DNA of 63,486 bases, counting the filler, from Choristocarpus tenellus KU-1152 (lineage: Eukaryota > Protista > Phaeophyceae), in assembly GCA_964200185.2 (NCBI GenBank). It is 13 parts of 13 records of this genome, joined end to end, with 100 filler letters (N's around TTAATTAATTAA, not from the genome) between each part and the next. Parts side by side here need not be neighbours in the genome. Positions count along the whole stretch, not along the records: positions 60,491 to 63,486 come from CAXNAD020023052.1; 12 more parts are not named here. One strand, written 5' to 3'. The notes beneath the pieces are model-generated. The model was not told where the DNA came from and ran no database searches. It saw nothing but the letters and a program-made list of their open reading frames with translations. Numbering within the stretch: the first letter of the stretch is position 1; every line of letters begins with the position of its first letter. The position numbers and the translations under genes are program-made. Below are positions 62,502 to 63,486 of the stretch, one piece after another.

Positions 62502-62577
62502 ATATTTTCGACACAAGAGCGAACTGATGCGCTTCCAGCATGTACAAAATCCTCCTCGACACCCTCCGGGAAATGAG
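62502..62577 (+). CDS. MYST-family histone acetyltransferase, single internal exon
   Basis: ttttttcag| and |gtaagc bound a 76-nt exon reading YFRHKSELMRFQHVQNPPRHPPGNE, matching the conserved RHPPG(N/D)EIYR motif of MYST HATs. Confidence 0.7.
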
Positions 62578-63486
62578 GTAAGCTTCCTTTTAAAAAAAAA
62601 ACATGTATATGTGTGTGTGTGTGTGTGTTCTTAAAAAAAAATTAAATATATATGTTACTGTTGTTGCAGTTACTGAATTAGTGCTGTATCTTGTCTGTGT
62701 CCTTTGCCTGGGTGGGTGGATGGATGGATGGAACAGGTACATAATATATTATTTTTTAATGTTGTGAGATGATGTCATACTGTACAGGCGAATTTAGTAT
62801 ATGCTCCCTTCCTCTTGTGTTACATTATACATCTTGCATGGCAATTTTTTTATTTAGTGGGTTGATACGAATGTACATTTCCATTTTATTTTTTAATATT
62901 TCTTTAGTTTATCTTTTAATTGTTTTCAAGATAGTTAATTGTGTTCTATAAGTTGGCACAAACATGTAAACGCAGTCCCCTCCCCCTCCCCTCCCCTCTC
63001 CCTCCCTTCACACACATAGACACATACACACACATTCGTACATGTTTGCAAGTATTGGGAGGCGTGTATTATGTGCCTCCTCACACGGTTCCAACAAATG
63101 GAAACACAAGACCCTGTTTTGAGATGCCCTTGAATCAAGAAATTCTGAATGTGCAACAGAGTTTGTAATCCTGTTTGGGGGGCATCCATAGAACCAAATA
63201 ATCCAGTAGAGTACTTCCTCGGAGAGGAAGGGAAGCATGTGTTTGGAGAGGTGAAGAGGGTTACGATAGTCGACAGATAGTTGACTGATAGTTGACTGAT
63301 GGGGTAAGGTGCAAGAATACACAGTTGGGGAGAGGGGTCCTGGGGGAGGAATCAAGACTGGAAATTTTTGGAAGTGATTTTTTTTTCTTGCTCTGGAGAC
63401 TGCTTTGATGAGATCAGCGATGGGAATGGGGGAGGGGGAGGGGGGGGGGGATGGAGCACGGCCAGACAGGGTGGGTAATGAGGAAG

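Noticed and set aside
1-63486. functional clustering of chromatin/RNA genes (SMC hinge, MYST, U2AF1)
   Set aside because: They lie on separate, artificially concatenated contigs, so their proximity carries no information.

Overview
This is eukaryotic nuclear DNA, not prokaryotic. Long introns with short exons, scattered TTAGGG motifs and the TE spectrum are most consistent with a stramenopile, probably a brown alga or close relative (inference). The window is not one locus: about 13 small contigs are joined by twelve artificial 100-nt spacers (N44-TTAATTAATTAA-N44), and most ORFs in the six-frame track are spurious. Host gene fragments: a 4-exon PH-domain gene with a probable GC-AG first intron (2414-5211), U2AF35/U2AF1 (3 exons, minus), a family S28 Pro-Xaa carboxypeptidase (last 2 exons, minus), one MYST histone acetyltransferase exon, and an intronless ORF with a DMS3/SMCHD1-type SMC-hinge domain (50121-50837). 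Much of the rest is decayed transposable elements: a CRE-like non-LTR element (RT plus RLE endonuclease) whose 3' tail recurs about 9 times, Copia remnants, a Gypsy pol, a long-spacer IS630-Tc1-mariner transposase, a DD39D-like mariner fragment, several MITE families with G-x4-AAAGTATC termini, a TGTT..AACA insertion whose empty site is visible elsewhere in the window, and perfect or near-perfect foldback micro-elements. A 75-bp tandem array with codon-like variation and a long decayed intronless ORF (17.4-22.1 kb) remain unexplained. No RNA gene or CRISPR array is supported. All calls come from manual motif reading; no database searches were run.
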